A stretch of 64,000 bases of DNA from the human T2T-CHM13v2.0 reference genome, Homo sapiens: the NCBI RefSeq assembly GCF_009914755.1, contig NC_060934.1. One strand, 5' to 3'. Shown in pieces: positions 63,077-64,000 of this stretch (positions are counted from its first letter, which is position 1; the number at the start of each line of letters is the position of its first letter). The notes beneath the pieces were generated by a model. It searched no databases. It was not told the DNA's origin and saw only the letters and a program-made list of their open reading frames with translations. Both the position numbers and the translations under genes were made by a program.

Positions 63077-63699
63077 TCCATTTACAATAGTATTAAAATT
63101 TTAACAAATAATTTGCAAGACTTGTTCACTGAAAACTACAAAGCATTTCTGGAAGGAATTAGAGAGCATCTAAATAAAGTAAGGCATCCCGTATTTATGA
63201 CTTGGAAGATTTAATGTTTCTAAGATGACAATACTCTCTAAATTAATCTACAGATTTGATATCCTAAAAAATAAAACCAGATTTTTGTTTTTCATTTTTA
63301 TAATTTGTTTGTTTTTACTTTTTTGCTGATCTGATGTTAAAATTCATATGAAAATACAGGAGATTCAGAATAGCTAAAACAATCTTGAACAAAAAGAACA
63401 AACTTAGAGAACTCGTATTTCTTGATTTCAAAACTTACCACATTTGGTTATATTTGGTACAATAATCAAAACACTGTGGTACTGGCATGAGGATAAGTCA
63501 ATAGTTCAATAGAATAGAATTGAGAGCACAGAAATAAGTGCTTACATTTATAGTCAATAAGTTTTCTACAAGGGTGCCAAGATGATTCAATGAGGAAAAA
63601 AAAGTAACATTTTAGATCTTTCCCTCACATCAACCATATACAAAAATTAACTCAAAATGGATCACGAACTTAAATGTAAGTGCTAAAACTACAAAACTC

Positions 63700-63999
63700 T
63701 TTTTTTTTTTTTCTGAGATGGAGTTTCATTCTTGTTGCCCAGCTGGAGTGCAATGACACGATCTCGGCTCACCACAACCTCCGCCTCCCAGGTACAAGTG
63801 ATTCTCCAGCCTCAGCTTCCTGAGTAGCTGGGATTACAGACACGTGCCACTACGCCCTGCTAATCTTTTTTGTATTTTTAGTAGAGACAGGGTTTCTCCA
63901 TGTTGGTCAGGCTGGTCTTGAACTCCCGACCTCAGGTGATCCACCTGCCTTGGCTCCCCAAAGTGCTGGGATTATAGGAGTGAGCCACTGCACCTGGCC
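63700..63999 (-). mobile_element. AluSp
   Basis: gagtttcattcttgttgccc, ctcaccacaacc, gtttctccatgttggtcagg. Confidence 0.93.
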
Positions 64000-64000
64000 T

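Overview
This is primate genomic DNA (anthropoid, probably human). Evidence: Alu J/S/Y elements, L1PA/L1PB/L1M, THE1, MER4, MER1B and a BC200-derived copy. I can support no protein-coding exon, tRNA, rRNA or CRISPR array. The listed ORFs are L1 or MaLR remnants, Alu or low-complexity read-throughs, or chance ORFs in GC-rich DNA. The window has three zones. (i) 1-12.5 kb is mostly old L1 fragments. (ii) About 12.5-46.5 kb is GC-rich and largely unique, with MIR/L2/MLT relics and several short AT-rich islands dense in transcription-factor motifs that look like distal enhancers. (iii) 46.5-64 kb is almost entirely nested transposons, built on two head-to-head old L1s. The most notable structures are: a 178-bp, about 96%-identical inverted duplication with serial fold-back fragments around the (TA)n tract of an L1PB1; a BC200 (BCYRN1) retrocopy with a target-site duplication (TSD); a trimeric Alu flanked by one TSD; snap-back and templated-insertion scars at a MER1B/MLT1A junction and inside an MLT1A LTR; and a duplicated composite motif module at 31.3-31.5 kb. 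I do not see a new coding system. Repeat subfamily calls come from remembered consensus sequences and need RepeatMasker/Dfam confirmation.
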